A DNA stretch of 64,000 nt, taken from the IMG/VR virus record IMGVR_UViG_3300020577_008610, positions 32,001-96,000 of that record; one strand, given 5' to 3'. A program made the position numbers and the translations under genes. The DNA is from a virus. Its lineage: Duplodnaviria > Caudoviricetes. Every line of letters begins with the position of its first letter. Position 1 is the first letter of the stretch. The notes below the pieces were generated by a model. The model had not been told where the DNA came from. It searched no databases and saw nothing but the letters and a program-made list of their open reading frames with translations. Positions 39,452 through 49,126 of the stretch are shown piece by piece.

Positions 39452-40879
39452 TTACTTCCCCTTGCCCTTCACTCCCAGCTTGGCCAGGATCGTGGGGTGG
39501 ATTTTCTTGAACGGATGATCAGCGGGCAGGTTGATGGAAGGCTTTGACTTTTCCACCTGGGCTGCCACTCTCTGTGGTTGAACCTGGACGTTCAGTGGTG
39601 TAATGCTCCACCGCTTCCGAGTTGCCTTCTCTGCTTCCCACTTCTGGATGGTCTCCGAGAGAGTCCTGGACCACTCCTCAATCATTTTCTCGAAACTGAA
39701 TTCGTGAGCCACATACTCCGTAGTCTTGGCCTTCATGGCAGCCTTTTCCTCGGCCGTCATCTTGTAAATTTTCATCAGACCATTGGCCACATCTTCCTGC
39801 GACGCAAAATCCTCGTAGATGTACGGAACCATCTGGCTTCCAACCAGCTTCCTGGTCACAGGCTCAATAGCAGCTCCCAGCTCCGTTCCATCTCGGTAGT
39901 CAACCACCTGACGGGTCAGACCACCTGTCTTCAGAGCCACCACAGGCTTGCCACACTGAAGGGAGATGAGGGTAGAAAGCCCAAATCCCTCATTCTTGGC
40001 AATGTTGATGCAACAATCCGTTACGTTGTGCAGGACGTTCATGTGCCCGAAATCAAGCTTTTGAACAGAGAACAGAACGTTGTTCTGTAGCCCCAAGAGC
40101 TCCTGAACCATGAGTAGGTTTGGACCTTCAGGATCTCCAGGATCTGTGTGCATCACAAGACATGCCTTCCGGTGTCCCTCTTTCTTTTCCAGCTTGTCCA
40201 GGAAGAGCTTCCATGCCTCCATGACATCAGAAGGAAGCTTGCGGGTCGCATTTCGGTTAACCCACAGAGCCATGAACCAATCAGCCCGGGGACCAAAGTT
40301 GGCCTTCCGTAGCTGGGCAATCTCGTTCTCCGGACCAGCAAAGTACATCTGCTTTGGGAAGGAGTGAGGAATGTAGTTGGTCTTCTCTGGAAAGTGAGGC
40401 TTGACCATCTCGTATGTCTTGTAGGACAAACAGTTGATCAGCTCCGTGGATTCATACCAAACCCGATTGAACATGGGGTAGGGATCATTGTCCCAGACGT
40501 GCCAGTATGCAATCGGACAAAGCTGGTGAATCTCATCCTCAACCTCCCAGAGCCAGACGAACTGCCTTGGATCGGTGAAAATGATGATGGCATCCGGACG
40601 CTCAGTCATCAGGATGTTCCGGACTTGATCACGGGTTCCAAAGCCATCCACAGGCTTGATGATAAAGTCAGGATTTACCTGGACAGTAGAGTAGTCCGGA
40701 TGCTTGATTGCTCCACCAAGGCATAGAAACTTGAACTTTCCTGTGGCAATGAGGCCCTCAATGAGCATCCTTGCTTGTACGCCCACTCCTGAAGGGGCAA
40801 GTGGGTGATCAGACAGGAACAGAATCTTCTTCTTCTCAAGCGGGGCGGTTACCGGTTCAGTTTGCTTGATGAGTGGCAT
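39452..40879 (-). CDS. Glycosyltransferase, GT-B (GT4-like)
   Basis: SGVG, NRNATRK, NEGFGLSTLISLQCGKPVV. Confidence 0.9.
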   Translation of the reverse strand: MPLIKQTEPVTAPLEKKKILFLSDHPLAPSGVGVQARMLIEGLIATGKFKFLCLGGAIKHPDYSTVQVNPDFIIKPVDGFGTRDQVRNILMTERPDAIIIFTDPRQFVWLWEVEDEIHQLCPIAYWHVWDNDPYPMFNRVWYESTELINCLSYKTYEMVKPHFPEKTNYIPHSFPKQMYFAGPENEIAQLRKANFGPRADWFMALWVNRNATRKLPSDVMEAWKLFLDKLEKKEGHRKACLVMHTDPGDPEGPNLLMVQELLGLQNNVLFSVQKLDFGHMNVLHNVTDCCINIAKNEGFGLSTLISLQCGKPVVALKTGGLTRQVVDYRDGTELGAAIEPVTRKLVGSQMVPYIYEDFASQEDVANGLMKIYKMTAEEKAAMKAKTTEYVAHEFSFEKMIEEWSRTLSETIQKWEAEKATRKRWSITPLNVQVQPQRVAAQVEKSKPSINLPADHPFKKIHPTILAKLGVKGKGK

Positions 40880-40923
40880 TTCTTACCTTTTGCTCATTGA
40901 TTGTTGAGCATCGTTTAAATTTG

Positions 40924-40946
40924 TATTGCCTGTTTTAGGCAATACG
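40924..40946. promoter_or_regulatory. Inverted repeat between divergent genes
   Basis: GTATTGCCT-gtttt-AGGCAATAC, 9-bp perfect stem. Confidence 0.45.
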
Positions 40947-40990
40947 CTCAGTCTACTGCAATTAACCAGAGAGACTCTAATAGGTGGCCC

Positions 40991-40997
40991 ATAGTTA
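40991..40997 (+). promoter_or_regulatory. Putative late promoter ATAGTTA
   Basis: Motif 6 nt upstream of ATG 41003. Confidence 0.5.
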
Positions 40998-41002
40998 CCA
41001 TC

Positions 41003-41266
41003 ATGAAAATCACAACTGCTCAACTACGTCAATTAATCAAAGAAGCCGTCTACAAAGGTCTACGTGAAGGCGCGTACGAACCACCCAACTGGGATGATTA
41101 TTTTTCTTCCGATAGAGAAAGTGGCCATGAAGGTATGATGGATGTCATTTTGAGCAAATTGGAAGAAGGCGAACCACTAAGCAAAGATGAGCTTGAAGCT
41201 CTCAAAAGCGAACTTAGTGGTGACAGGCACATGGCAGGTCTAAAGCACTCTTCCGGCGAATTCTAA
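41003..41266 (+). CDS. Small protein with MKITxxQLRQLIKE leader (putative internal head protein)
   Basis: N-terminal leader with IKE and LRE motifs; late-type motif upstream. Confidence 0.6.
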   Translation: MKITTAQLRQLIKEAVYKGLREGAYEPPNWDDYFSSDRESGHEGMMDVILSKLEEGEPLSKDELEALKSELSGDRHMAGLKHSSGEF

Positions 41267-42099
41267 ATCCCATATTTGATTCTAATAGACTCGGGCAAGT
41301 ATTCCGTGTTATAGCGAAGAGCCAATGGAATAGTCCATTCGTAACCCAACGAAATCTCCAGGTTCACGTTATTGCCCTTCTCATCCCAGCCCAACCACTT
41401 GTTTTCATACCAGTCCTCGTTGGGCGGACTATCACCAACAATCCTAGAAAAGGCCAAGGCTGTCAGGTGTTTCCAGTACATGTTCTGCGGAGACAGACAG
41501 AACCCGAGATTGTGGACCCTGGCAGGAAGCCTGTGAATGCCCTCAGAAGCCCCATTGAAGCCTGTTTCGCCCATGGGAGACCCTAAGATACGGTGAAACA
41601 CCACAGACGTTCTGTTGGGCCTCTCGGGCACGTAGAACTCGGGGGTCTTCCATAACTCAACCTGCCGGGTTGTAGCCTGGGTGCCAGAGTAAAGATGCCA
41701 GGAAGTGAAAGCTTTCTCAGCTTCCTCCGCACTGAACACATGGTCAGGCTCAATGAAGACCACGGTATATGGCTTGCACCTCTTTAGGATCAGGTTGTTG
41801 ACAATGTGGGTGAGTTGGCCTTTTGGAGTTGGCCAGTAGTCATCAATGATTTCGACCTTGGATTCGTTCAATTCCCGAATCTTCTCTCGGGTCTTGTCGA
41901 ACTCCTCCGGCCAGGAGACCCACTGCCCTTTGTAGGTCACTCCTCGGGTATTGCCCCATGGCTTCTCGGCCTTCACGACGAACACCTTGTCCACATAAGG
42001 GAGGATGGATCGGATGGACTCCTGGATGAAATCCTCGCCATAGAGGATTCGATAGACCGCTACAGTGCCTAGATCGCAGTTTGGATGAGTGGTGGACAT
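41263..42099 (-). CDS. Glycosyltransferase-like, GT-A (GT2-like)
   Basis: EDFIQESIRSILPYVDKVFVV; EPDH at the DxD position. Confidence 0.65.
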   Translation of the reverse strand: MSTTHPNCDLGTVAVYRILYGEDFIQESIRSILPYVDKVFVVKAEKPWGNTRGVTYKGQWVSWPEEFDKTREKIRELNESKVEIIDDYWPTPKGQLTHIVNNLILKRCKPYTVVFIEPDHVFSAEEAEKAFTSWHLYSGTQATTRQVELWKTPEFYVPERPNRTSVVFHRILGSPMGETGFNGASEGIHRLPARVHNLGFCLSPQNMYWKHLTALAFSRIVGDSPPNEDWYENKWLGWDEKGNNVNLEISLGYEWTIPLALRYNTEYLPESIRIKYGI

Positions 42100-42986
42100 G
42101 CTTCTCTGGACCCGCTGTTGAGAATGTTGGAAATTAGGTTGAAATTGAGTGTCTGAAGATTGGAGGCAAGTGTTTTATTGCGAGTGTGGTTTACCCGCTC
42201 AAAGGGTTCAAATACCACCACAGGAACAATCCCTATGCGGGAGTAGTTCATCAGGTGTTCGGTATCCTCACCCCAGAATTGCTTAAACCGCTCGTCATAG
42301 CCATTCTTGACCATCACATGCCGGTCACCGAAGTAGAGCCCATTGCCCAGTCGATAGTCATTCTTCAGGTTTAGGACGCCGCCGTTAGGGAATTGCTGGA
42401 ACTTCCCGATGATGTTGTTGAAGTTGGTGTAGGACAGCCTTACGTCTACGTCCAGAACGAACATGTGGTCATAGGTGGCATTTTGGAGACAGAGGTTCCG
42501 GGCGTAAGCCATGTGGAACTTCTCCAGCGGCTCCTTGTGGACTCGAATTCCTGGGGGGAGATCTGCATCCCCAAAAAGGACCACACTGATTTCCATGTTC
42601 TCATGTAGCCACTTCTGGTAGTGTTTGATCGTCTCCCGGAAGATTGAGATGTATGGCTCATCCGCTGTGCATATGAACCCAAAGGTCACCCCTGGAATGT
42701 ACTTGGCTGTCTCCTTGGGGAAGGCAAGCTTCAGCCGAGCTGCTTCTTTTAGGACAAACAAGTGAAAGGAGTGGTCGTCATATGCTAGAGCCTCGATGAG
42801 CCGTGCTCCTTCAATCTCAATTTCCTGTGGAAGACGTCCGTGCCAAACTCCCAGCATGGAATGCAGCGGTGCTTCCAGGAAGTGCTTCTCGAAATCTGTG
42901 ACATTTGTGAAAAAGTAGTGGGGACCAGCACAATAAGGCATGGTACCCTCGAACTTGTGCCGAGCACATTCCATGGAAAGAGTCAT
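42069..42986 (-). CDS. Glycosyltransferase, GT-A (GT2/GT7-like C-terminus)
   Basis: ARN, LDVD, NGYDERFKQFWGEDTE. Confidence 0.75.
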   Translation of the reverse strand: MTLSMECARHKFEGTMPYCAGPHYFFTNVTDFEKHFLEAPLHSMLGVWHGRLPQEIEIEGARLIEALAYDDHSFHLFVLKEAARLKLAFPKETAKYIPGVTFGFICTADEPYISIFRETIKHYQKWLHENMEISVVLFGDADLPPGIRVHKEPLEKFHMAYARNLCLQNATYDHMFVLDVDVRLSYTNFNNIIGKFQQFPNGGVLNLKNDYRLGNGLYFGDRHVMVKNGYDERFKQFWGEDTEHLMNYSRIGIVPVVVFEPFERVNHTRNKTLASNLQTLNFNLISNILNSGSREACPPLIQTAI

Positions 42987-43011
42987 TCGCTAAGTCTAGC
43001 GAACGGAATGC

Positions 43012-43815
43012 CTATTGCACTTCCACGTCCAAAATTTTGACTTGATCGTTGCTGAAGACGGCAACTTCTGGAATTCCCTCCACCAAGTCCTCACCGTAGA
43101 AGACAACGGCATCGTAGACGTTGGAAGAGGCTTGCCTTGCTTCTTCCTTGTCCTTGGTGACCAGAACCCTGAAAGCGGTGACAGAGACGGTATAGACCTT
43201 GGGACGGTACTTGGAAGAATCGAGACCAACATCATCCAGTAGGTCATACATCCACGACGGGGAGCCGGTGTTGCCCCCGAAGATATTCGTGAAGTCATCC
43301 AGGCCGTTATCTCCTCGTTCGCCCTTTTTGGCACCTGGGATGAAGTCGGCAATATCTGAAATGGTGTTCGGATCCACCTTCAGGAATTGCTGGAACCCTT
43401 GAGAATCAAACGTTCCTTCTCCTGGTGGGGGGTTGTCATTCCAAAATCCATGAGCCCGTGCAAAAGTCTCCCAGGCATCTGGGCCTTCCTTGTAGATGGC
43501 CTCCAGGAACTCTCCGGCTGGCTTGTTCATACTCTTCAGGTCTTGAATGACTTCAGGGGGAAGACCCATGTTCCTGTTGGCGTTGGCATACTTCCAGGCC
43601 GCTCGTTTGGAAGGAGTGAAAAAGAGCCCTTTCCCGTAGTAGGCATTGACCAGTTCATCTCGGCTTTTCCCAATGTCAAAAGCCTTGAAAGAAGCCGTGG
43701 TGCCGTGATAAAGGGTAACAGGCTGGCCCGAAGTAAGACCTTCTAGGCCGTAGTAGGAGAGGTTCAGGTCGGGGGACTCTTTGAGTAACCACTTCCAGTG
43801 ACGTTGTAGTCTCAT
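43012..43815 (-). CDS. ADP-ribosyltransferase-fold protein (ART-PolyVal-like), putative internal head protein
   Basis: LYHGT, YGKGLFFT, EVAVFSNDQVKI; N-terminal LLKE leader. Confidence 0.65.
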   Translation of the reverse strand: MRLQRHWKWLLKESPDLNLSYYGLEGLTSGQPVTLYHGTTASFKAFDIGKSRDELVNAYYGKGLFFTPSKRAAWKYANANRNMGLPPEVIQDLKSMNKPAGEFLEAIYKEGPDAWETFARAHGFWNDNPPPGEGTFDSQGFQQFLKVDPNTISDIADFIPGAKKGERGDNGLDDFTNIFGGNTGSPSWMYDLLDDVGLDSSKYRPKVYTVSVTAFRVLVTKDKEEARQASSNVYDAVVFYGEDLVEGIPEVAVFSNDQVKILDVEVQ

Positions 43816-43820
43816 GGAAG

Positions 43821-43827
43821 TAAGTAT
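43821..43827 (-). promoter_or_regulatory. Putative late promoter ATACTTA
   Basis: Motif 6 nt upstream of the 43815 start. Confidence 0.55.
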
Positions 43828-43837
43828 TCAAGGCGGG

Positions 43838-46800
43838 TTACGGCTTCGCAGGAGCCTCAGAAAAGCCACCGAAAGCGAGAGCGGAGGAATGGCCCTTGCC
43901 CACCCCGAACACGAATACCCCAGGCTGCTCAGGGATCATTCTCCAGGGGTCAATCACCACAGACCCAGCAGGAAACTTATAATCCCGGAATACAGCGTGG
44001 TGGGTGCCAATAAAGAAACACTTGGCAGGCCCATTAGCATACGGATTCACCGTCTTGTCCTCGGCCTTGTCCACCCAAGGATCATACATCTCAGCCTCGA
44101 TGCCCCTCTCGGCCAGGATGTTCTTCAGGAGGATCGCAGGAGAGCCAACCTCAAGGTTGGTCTGCTCCTTGAATGCCTTCCCGAGAATAACCACAGGAAG
44201 AGTTCTGTACTCCTTGACTGTGAAGTCTTCTGCGGAGTAAATGCCAACCTTTCGGTACTTCTCAACCAGATTGGCCAGGAAGTCCGTCTGCTTTTCTCTT
44301 GCCATCATGATGGCCTCATGGAAGTCAAAGGTCATCCCTAGCTTCCTGGAGAGCCAAGAGAGGGCGATGTTGTCCCGAGGGTGGCAGTTGTTTGATATAC
44401 CTGATGTAGTCAGATAGTTGTGAGTTCCTTCAACATTAAGGTTGTACACAGTACCCTTGTAGTCTTCCAGTTCTACCTTGACAACTTGGTGGTAAGATAC
44501 ACCATCAATTACCGGGATTTCTCGCTGGATAAACTGTGCAATCGCTGGTTTATGGTTTTGTTCACCAAGCAAGGTGCAAAGCTTTTGAACATATTGGTCA
44601 TTTTCAACTCTGACCTTCCATTGAGGTTTTCGATTGCACCCATCATTGCTGTTTTTCTTTTCAACAGTAATTGTTGGCACAATGCCAAACTTCCTGAGAA
44701 TGAAGTAAAGGTTAGAAGCCAAGACCTCAGAAGTGGTTGTGTAGCTCAAACCCTTGCCATTCTTCATGTTGCATCCATCCCCTGCCCACATGCTTTGTAC
44801 CAATGGAGTCAACACTTCTGGTTTGGCAAAAAGCAGCCATGGCGGGATTGTCTTCTTTGAAGAACCTCTCCCAAAGTCGTTCAAGAGCTTGCGTTTCAGG
44901 TCAGCAGAACTAATCCGAATATCCAAGCCATTTCGCTTGTTGTGCTTCTTTGCTGAAACGCGCTTGCTAGGATACAAACGCTTCAATGATTTAGTGAGAT
45001 CGGTATGCAATTCAGTTTCATTGGAATGGAAACTGAAAGCAACACGAGGCTCATTAGCGATAGAACCTTCTGCAAGATAGTAACCAGCTACCTTCAAGTA
45101 ATCCTCTGTGGCATGCTTGGGCATTGCAAAGTCTTGGTTGTGTGCCTCAAATGGGAAAAGAATGTGATGCCTGTTCGGTTCCAGTTCCCAGCCCTTGACT
45201 TCTTTTACTGTTGTCACCTTAGTTTTATCTTCCAGTTCGGCCACCAAGAACGTGTGGTCCAAGGTAAACTTCATGGCAGGCAAACCTTTTACATGCACAT
45301 TCACAAGTTGTGAGTGATAAGGTCGCCTATACGTTTCAAGCACCTTGTGAAACTGCCCATCCGAAGACAACACCATGTCACCCTTCTGGATATCTTTGGT
45401 CTGTCTCACTCCTAACTCCGTGAAAACATTACAGTTTTCAAGGGTGCATCCCCCACCGTCTCCCATGCCTGCATTCAGGTACTTCGTAGAGATGAGACGT
45501 TCCTTCCCCAGCTTCAGAGCCGAAGTCACCTCATCCACATCTGCTCCGGTGTGGTGACAGATTTCCATGAGGTTGTTGACAAAGGCAATCTTGGTGGAGA
45601 TGAAGGTGTTACCCTGCCATGAGCATTTGCCATTTCTTCGCGTCAAAAACACATGATTCTTAGGCAGGACGGCACAATAGATCATGCCCTCGTATTCTGG
45701 CACTTCCTCATACTTCAATCCAACCTTGGATGAACGCTGAAATAGGGATGTTCTGCCTGTGAGCTCGTAGATAAGGTTGCAAGGCTTGTTTGAAAGCTCA
45801 CTCTCGTAGGCCCGATATGAGGGGAAGTGGCCTGCCTTGATAATCAGCTCGCCAATGTCCGCTGCCATCTGCTCTGACGAGGTGGCGTAATAACGATCAA
45901 ACTCCCCGGTGGGTTCGCCATTGAATCTAGTTCTTGCTTGCTTACTGCCATCAGCTTGGTTGTAAACATCCAAGAACAGCCTGATCTCCGGACGACCAAG
46001 CTTCTTGAGCCATGATGGCACGTACTTATCAAATGACTTACCAAACTGGCACAGGTATTCCCCGAGTTCGGCATGGTAGAAAGTGACACCTGACTCTTGC
46101 TGGCAGATTCCATTGCTGCTTCCAAGAGCAGCTTGCAGCGCGGCGACGGTCTGAACGATGGAATTGTACTTTTCCAAATTTTTGGAACGGTTCTGAGAAA
46201 TGATAATTTGGTAGGAGTTCTCAGAAACCTTGGTTGTGCATCCTTCTGCCAAATACCAAGCCATGAACTCAGTCATAAGCTCTATCGGAACTTCTCCAAA
46301 CCCCAGGTTAACGGTTTCTGGGGACTTTAGGTCCCAGTTTGTGTGCCTGAGAAAAGCAAATGATTTCCTCTTGATAACTTCATTTGCTTTCTCCAGCTTC
46401 CACTCGTAAGAGTAGCTCTTGCCATTGGCTGGCTTAGAGCTGAGTGTACCGATAAACATGTTGTGTCCTGGAGTGACAAACACATCATCCTTTCGACTTT
46501 GGAATCGAATCATAGGCCCCTGGTGGTAACGGCCAACGATTTTGTCTGGCTTTACCCATTCGGGCACGAGGGTGTCTGGGTTCAGACTGAGTATTTCGTC
46601 CTTCTCGGCAACATTCGGAAACAGCTTCCACCCACCCGAAGTCAAAACTTCTGTGTCTTCCGAGTAGCAGTTATAAGCAACCTTCACAAGTTCAGCACTC
46701 TTGATGGAGCATCGATAGAACGGAGCATTGTGGATGGTCTTGTAGAAGGCTTCAGCGAGGTCAGCCGTCTTCTCGTCACTCATTCCAAAGAGGACAAACT

Positions 46801-47308
46801 CCGGGTGAGTAAAGTCGTACCTTGTGGTGCCCATAGCAATGAAGAAAGGGTTGTAGCAAAGCTTGAAATGCTTACCCAAGTGAGGAATCACCTTGGAATC
46901 CATGGTTCCTGGGAGCACCGTGGAAATGACCACCACGGGCTTGTCCTTGCCGTTCTTCTCAATGGCTTCATTGAGCTGCTTGCAAGCTTCAATCAGGTAA
47001 GTGTAATCAAAATCCACACGATCTTCTGGGATTCGAGTCACGCCCTCGTATCGTGGGTTGTGTGGCGTCTGAACGGCCACAAAGATCAGGTCCGCAAAGT
47101 CCACCATCTCCTGAACGGAAACCACCCGAATCTTGGTGTTCTGCAATAGCTCAGGCGTCCCTTCCTCTCGGTAGGGTATTTGCTTTGTCCTGATGTACTC
47201 AGCAACAGCAGGGTTTGGGTCATAACCCACAACCTCGTGTCCAGCCGCTTCAGAAGCCAGGGCACATGGTAGCCCCAATTTTCCGAGCCCACAGTATCCT
47301 ACACGCAT
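43838..47308 (-). CDS. ugd: UDP-glucose/GDP-mannose dehydrogenase family protein with two inteins
   Basis: GLGKLG, AVQTP, ISTVLPGT, YNPFF, ELVKVAYN|T, GGG|CHPRD, GKAFK; exteins total ~448 aa; start ATG 47308. Confidence 0.9.
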   Translation of the reverse strand: MRVGYCGLGKLGLPCALASEAAGHEVVGYDPNPAVAEYIRTKQIPYREEGTPELLQNTKIRVVSVQEMVDFADLIFVAVQTPHNPRYEGVTRIPEDRVDFDYTYLIEACKQLNEAIEKNGKDKPVVVISTVLPGTMDSKVIPHLGKHFKLCYNPFFIAMGTTRYDFTHPEFVLFGMSDEKTADLAEAFYKTIHNAPFYRCSIKSAELVKVAYNCYSEDTEVLTSGGWKLFPNVAEKDEILSLNPDTLVPEWVKPDKIVGRYHQGPMIRFQSRKDDVFVTPGHNMFIGTLSSKPANGKSYSYEWKLEKANEVIKRKSFAFLRHTNWDLKSPETVNLGFGEVPIELMTEFMAWYLAEGCTTKVSENSYQIIISQNRSKNLEKYNSIVQTVAALQAALGSSNGICQQESGVTFYHAELGEYLCQFGKSFDKYVPSWLKKLGRPEIRLFLDVYNQADGSKQARTRFNGEPTGEFDRYYATSSEQMAADIGELIIKAGHFPSYRAYESELSNKPCNLIYELTGRTSLFQRSSKVGLKYEEVPEYEGMIYCAVLPKNHVFLTRRNGKCSWQGNTFISTKIAFVNNLMEICHHTGADVDEVTSALKLGKERLISTKYLNAGMGDGGGCTLENCNVFTELGVRQTKDIQKGDMVLSSDGQFHKVLETYRRPYHSQLVNVHVKGLPAMKFTLDHTFLVAELEDKTKVTTVKEVKGWELEPNRHHILFPFEAHNQDFAMPKHATEDYLKVAGYYLAEGSIANEPRVAFSFHSNETELHTDLTKSLKRLYPSKRVSAKKHNKRNGLDIRISSADLKRKLLNDFGRGSSKKTIPPWLLFAKPEVLTPLVQSMWAGDGCNMKNGKGLSYTTTSEVLASNLYFILRKFGIVPTITVEKKNSNDGCNRKPQWKVRVENDQYVQKLCTLLGEQNHKPAIAQFIQREIPVIDGVSYHQVVKVELEDYKGTVYNLNVEGTHNYLTTSGISNNCHPRDNIALSWLSRKLGMTFDFHEAIMMAREKQTDFLANLVEKYRKVGIYSAEDFTVKEYRTLPVVILGKAFKEQTNLEVGSPAILLKNILAERGIEAEMYDPWVDKAEDKTVNPYANGPAKCFFIGTHHAVFRDYKFPAGSVVIDPWRMIPEQPGVFVFGVGKGHSSALAFGGFSEAPAKP
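44387..45448 (-). mobile_element. Intein 2 (354 aa, LAGLIDADG-type)
   Basis: CTLENCNVFT..., FTLDH, GYYLAEG and MWAGDG, VYNLNVEGTHNY...SNN followed by Cys. Confidence 0.9.
45608..46669 (-). mobile_element. Intein 1 (354 aa, LAGLIDADG-type)
   Basis: CYSEDTEVLT..., block B VTPGH, AWYLAEG and YNQADG, ends WQGN followed by Thr. Confidence 0.9.
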
Positions 47309-47309
47309 T

Positions 47310-48092
47310 TTAGCCTTCTTTCCACTTCCACTTGAAACCACCCGCACTAGGACGGCCCCCATTGCAACACCTAGAAATTGACTGATACGCAATTCCCACG
47401 GCAGCTTGTGCTTCTTTCAAGCTGTCAAATTCTGCAACCAGAATACCTGTTACTCGATCCAATTGTACAACAGCTTTTTCATGTTGTTGGATGACAGCGG
47501 CCATCTTGTAACGAGTCTCAACAGACCACTTGTGACCATAAGCAGGATGATTTGAACCTTTTTTCCCAAAATTGGGATGCTTTTCACCAGAGTTCAACTC
47601 ACTCAGTTTCTTCTTGGTAGCTTCAGATAGCACTTTCCCCTTATGGGCTTCGCTGATTTTCTGCCGTACATTCTCCGACAGGTGCTTCCCAAAGTTGACA
47701 TGCTGGTCCCCTTTGCCAAACCATGTCCTGCTCATTTTGGCCATAGCTTCAGGTGAGTGCTTTTGTCCTCGAAAAGTTTGCTCAACACTGCACATGATGT
47801 TGTAACAGTACTCTTTTCCAGCATGTTCATCCAAGAGTTTCTGTTCAGCAGCATCTAGTTCAATGGCAGGCAGGAGTGTCACAATGCTCATTTCAAAGGC
47901 ATCTGAACCGTGTTTGTTGAAAGCATGCTGAAGACGTGGATTGTCATGAGTGCCTTTGGTTAGGTGTTCACAGTGATCTCGAAAGCGCCTACGAAGGTTG
48001 TCAGACTGGCCATAGTAGCACTTGCCATCAAGAACATTCCGTATGCAGTATAGACCACACAACCGTTTCCCTTTTGGAGCTTCAAACTTCAT
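47310..48092 (-). mobile_element. Free-standing GIY-YIG homing endonuclease gene
   Basis: GLYCIRN...YYGQS, NUMOD3 repeats, NUMOD1. Confidence 0.87.
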
Positions 48093-48161
48093 ATAGCCAA
48101 GTATGAGCCAAGCTTACCCAATTACACATATCCACTTCATGAGTATGAACACAGGGGAGGT

Positions 48162-48770
48162 TTAGAGGATCAAAAGGCAACTCACTCCTGGGGTGTCGTA
48201 CACGGTAAAAAGATTGAGCCGAAGAAACGTTTTGTATTCGAATTCCTTGAAGAACTCGATCCACTGTTCCTTGGTTTTGCAGTTGATGTGAGTGGGGTCT
48301 TGACGAGATACTTCCAGAGCAAAGGTCTTGCCACCATCCGTTGAGGACGGAATTCGGACCAACAGAACCCTGGGATTCATCTTGGTTAGTACCTTGGCAA
48401 TCTCTTGGTCCGTCATGTGCTCGAAAACATCCAGAGCAATCAAGAGGTCAGGCCGGCTGAAAACTATATCATCAATCGACTTGTGAACAAGAAGGCCATT
48501 CTTTTGGGCTATCTCTCTGGCCCAGTCAGAGATTTCCACGCCGATTGTATTCTTCAGACCAACCTCTCGGAGACCTTCAATTAGGAAACCAACAGCGCAC
48601 CCGAAGTCAATGATCAAGCTATCACGATCAACCAGGCTGATAGTTCGAAAAAGGCCAGCCAGCTCATAGGCTATCTTCTTGTAGCGGTCGGCTCTCTCCA
48701 GGTAGTCGGCATAGTTGGAAGATTGGTAATACTCTGCTGTATAGATGTTTGGGTCAACTGGTTCCGTCAT
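48162..48770 (-). CDS. Class I SAM-dependent methyltransferase
   Basis: IIDFGCAVGF, GVEIS, DVFEH, DPTH. Confidence 0.88.
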   Translation of the reverse strand: MTEPVDPNIYTAEYYQSSNYADYLERADRYKKIAYELAGLFRTISLVDRDSLIIDFGCAVGFLIEGLREVGLKNTIGVEISDWAREIAQKNGLLVHKSIDDIVFSRPDLLIALDVFEHMTDQEIAKVLTKMNPRVLLVRIPSSTDGGKTFALEVSRQDPTHINCKTKEQWIEFFKEFEYKTFLRLNLFTVYDTPGVSCLLIL

Positions 48771-49126
48771 GGCTTGCCCTCTAGCACACTAACTTGACCA
48801 AAAAACTCCGATTTGGCCATCTTGTCCCCATATCGGCTCATGATCCCTTTTCGGGAACTGAACTCCTTTGAGACAGTCTTCAGGCCAGCCTTTCGAAGCC
48901 GTTGCTCCAGGGCTACAGACTCCACACTGGCATAGATCGAACCGGAGTGATGGTAGTGCCGATACCCCACTGAGCAGGTTCCTGGCTGGTTGCAGGATGA
49001 TTGATAATAGGCTGACGTGAGCAACAAGTGGTGCTGGTTGTACGACGAGCCAGAGTGAACGGTCAGAGCACCAGACAGGTTCGAATGGTTCTGGCCGTAT
49101 GAAAGGAAGTAAACTGAGCATGTCAT
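48767..49126 (-). CDS. Small protein, LRKAGLK motif + gp23-like C-terminal fragment
   Basis: ATGA coupling to the MTase; C-terminus FSSRKGIMSRYGDKMAKSEFFGQVSV. Confidence 0.6.
   Translation of the reverse strand: MTCSVYFLSYGQNHSNLSGALTVHSGSSYNQHHLLLTSAYYQSSCNQPGTCSVGYRHYHHSGSIYASVESVALEQRLRKAGLKTVSKEFSSRKGIMSRYGDKMAKSEFFGQVSVLEGKP

Noticed and set aside
47309-47392. N-terminal extensions in the ORF track (ugd, primase, RuvC, gp25-like, Prim-Pol, 56795 ORF)
   Set aside because: They overlap upstream genes; downstream starts fit coupling, RBS or promoter positions better
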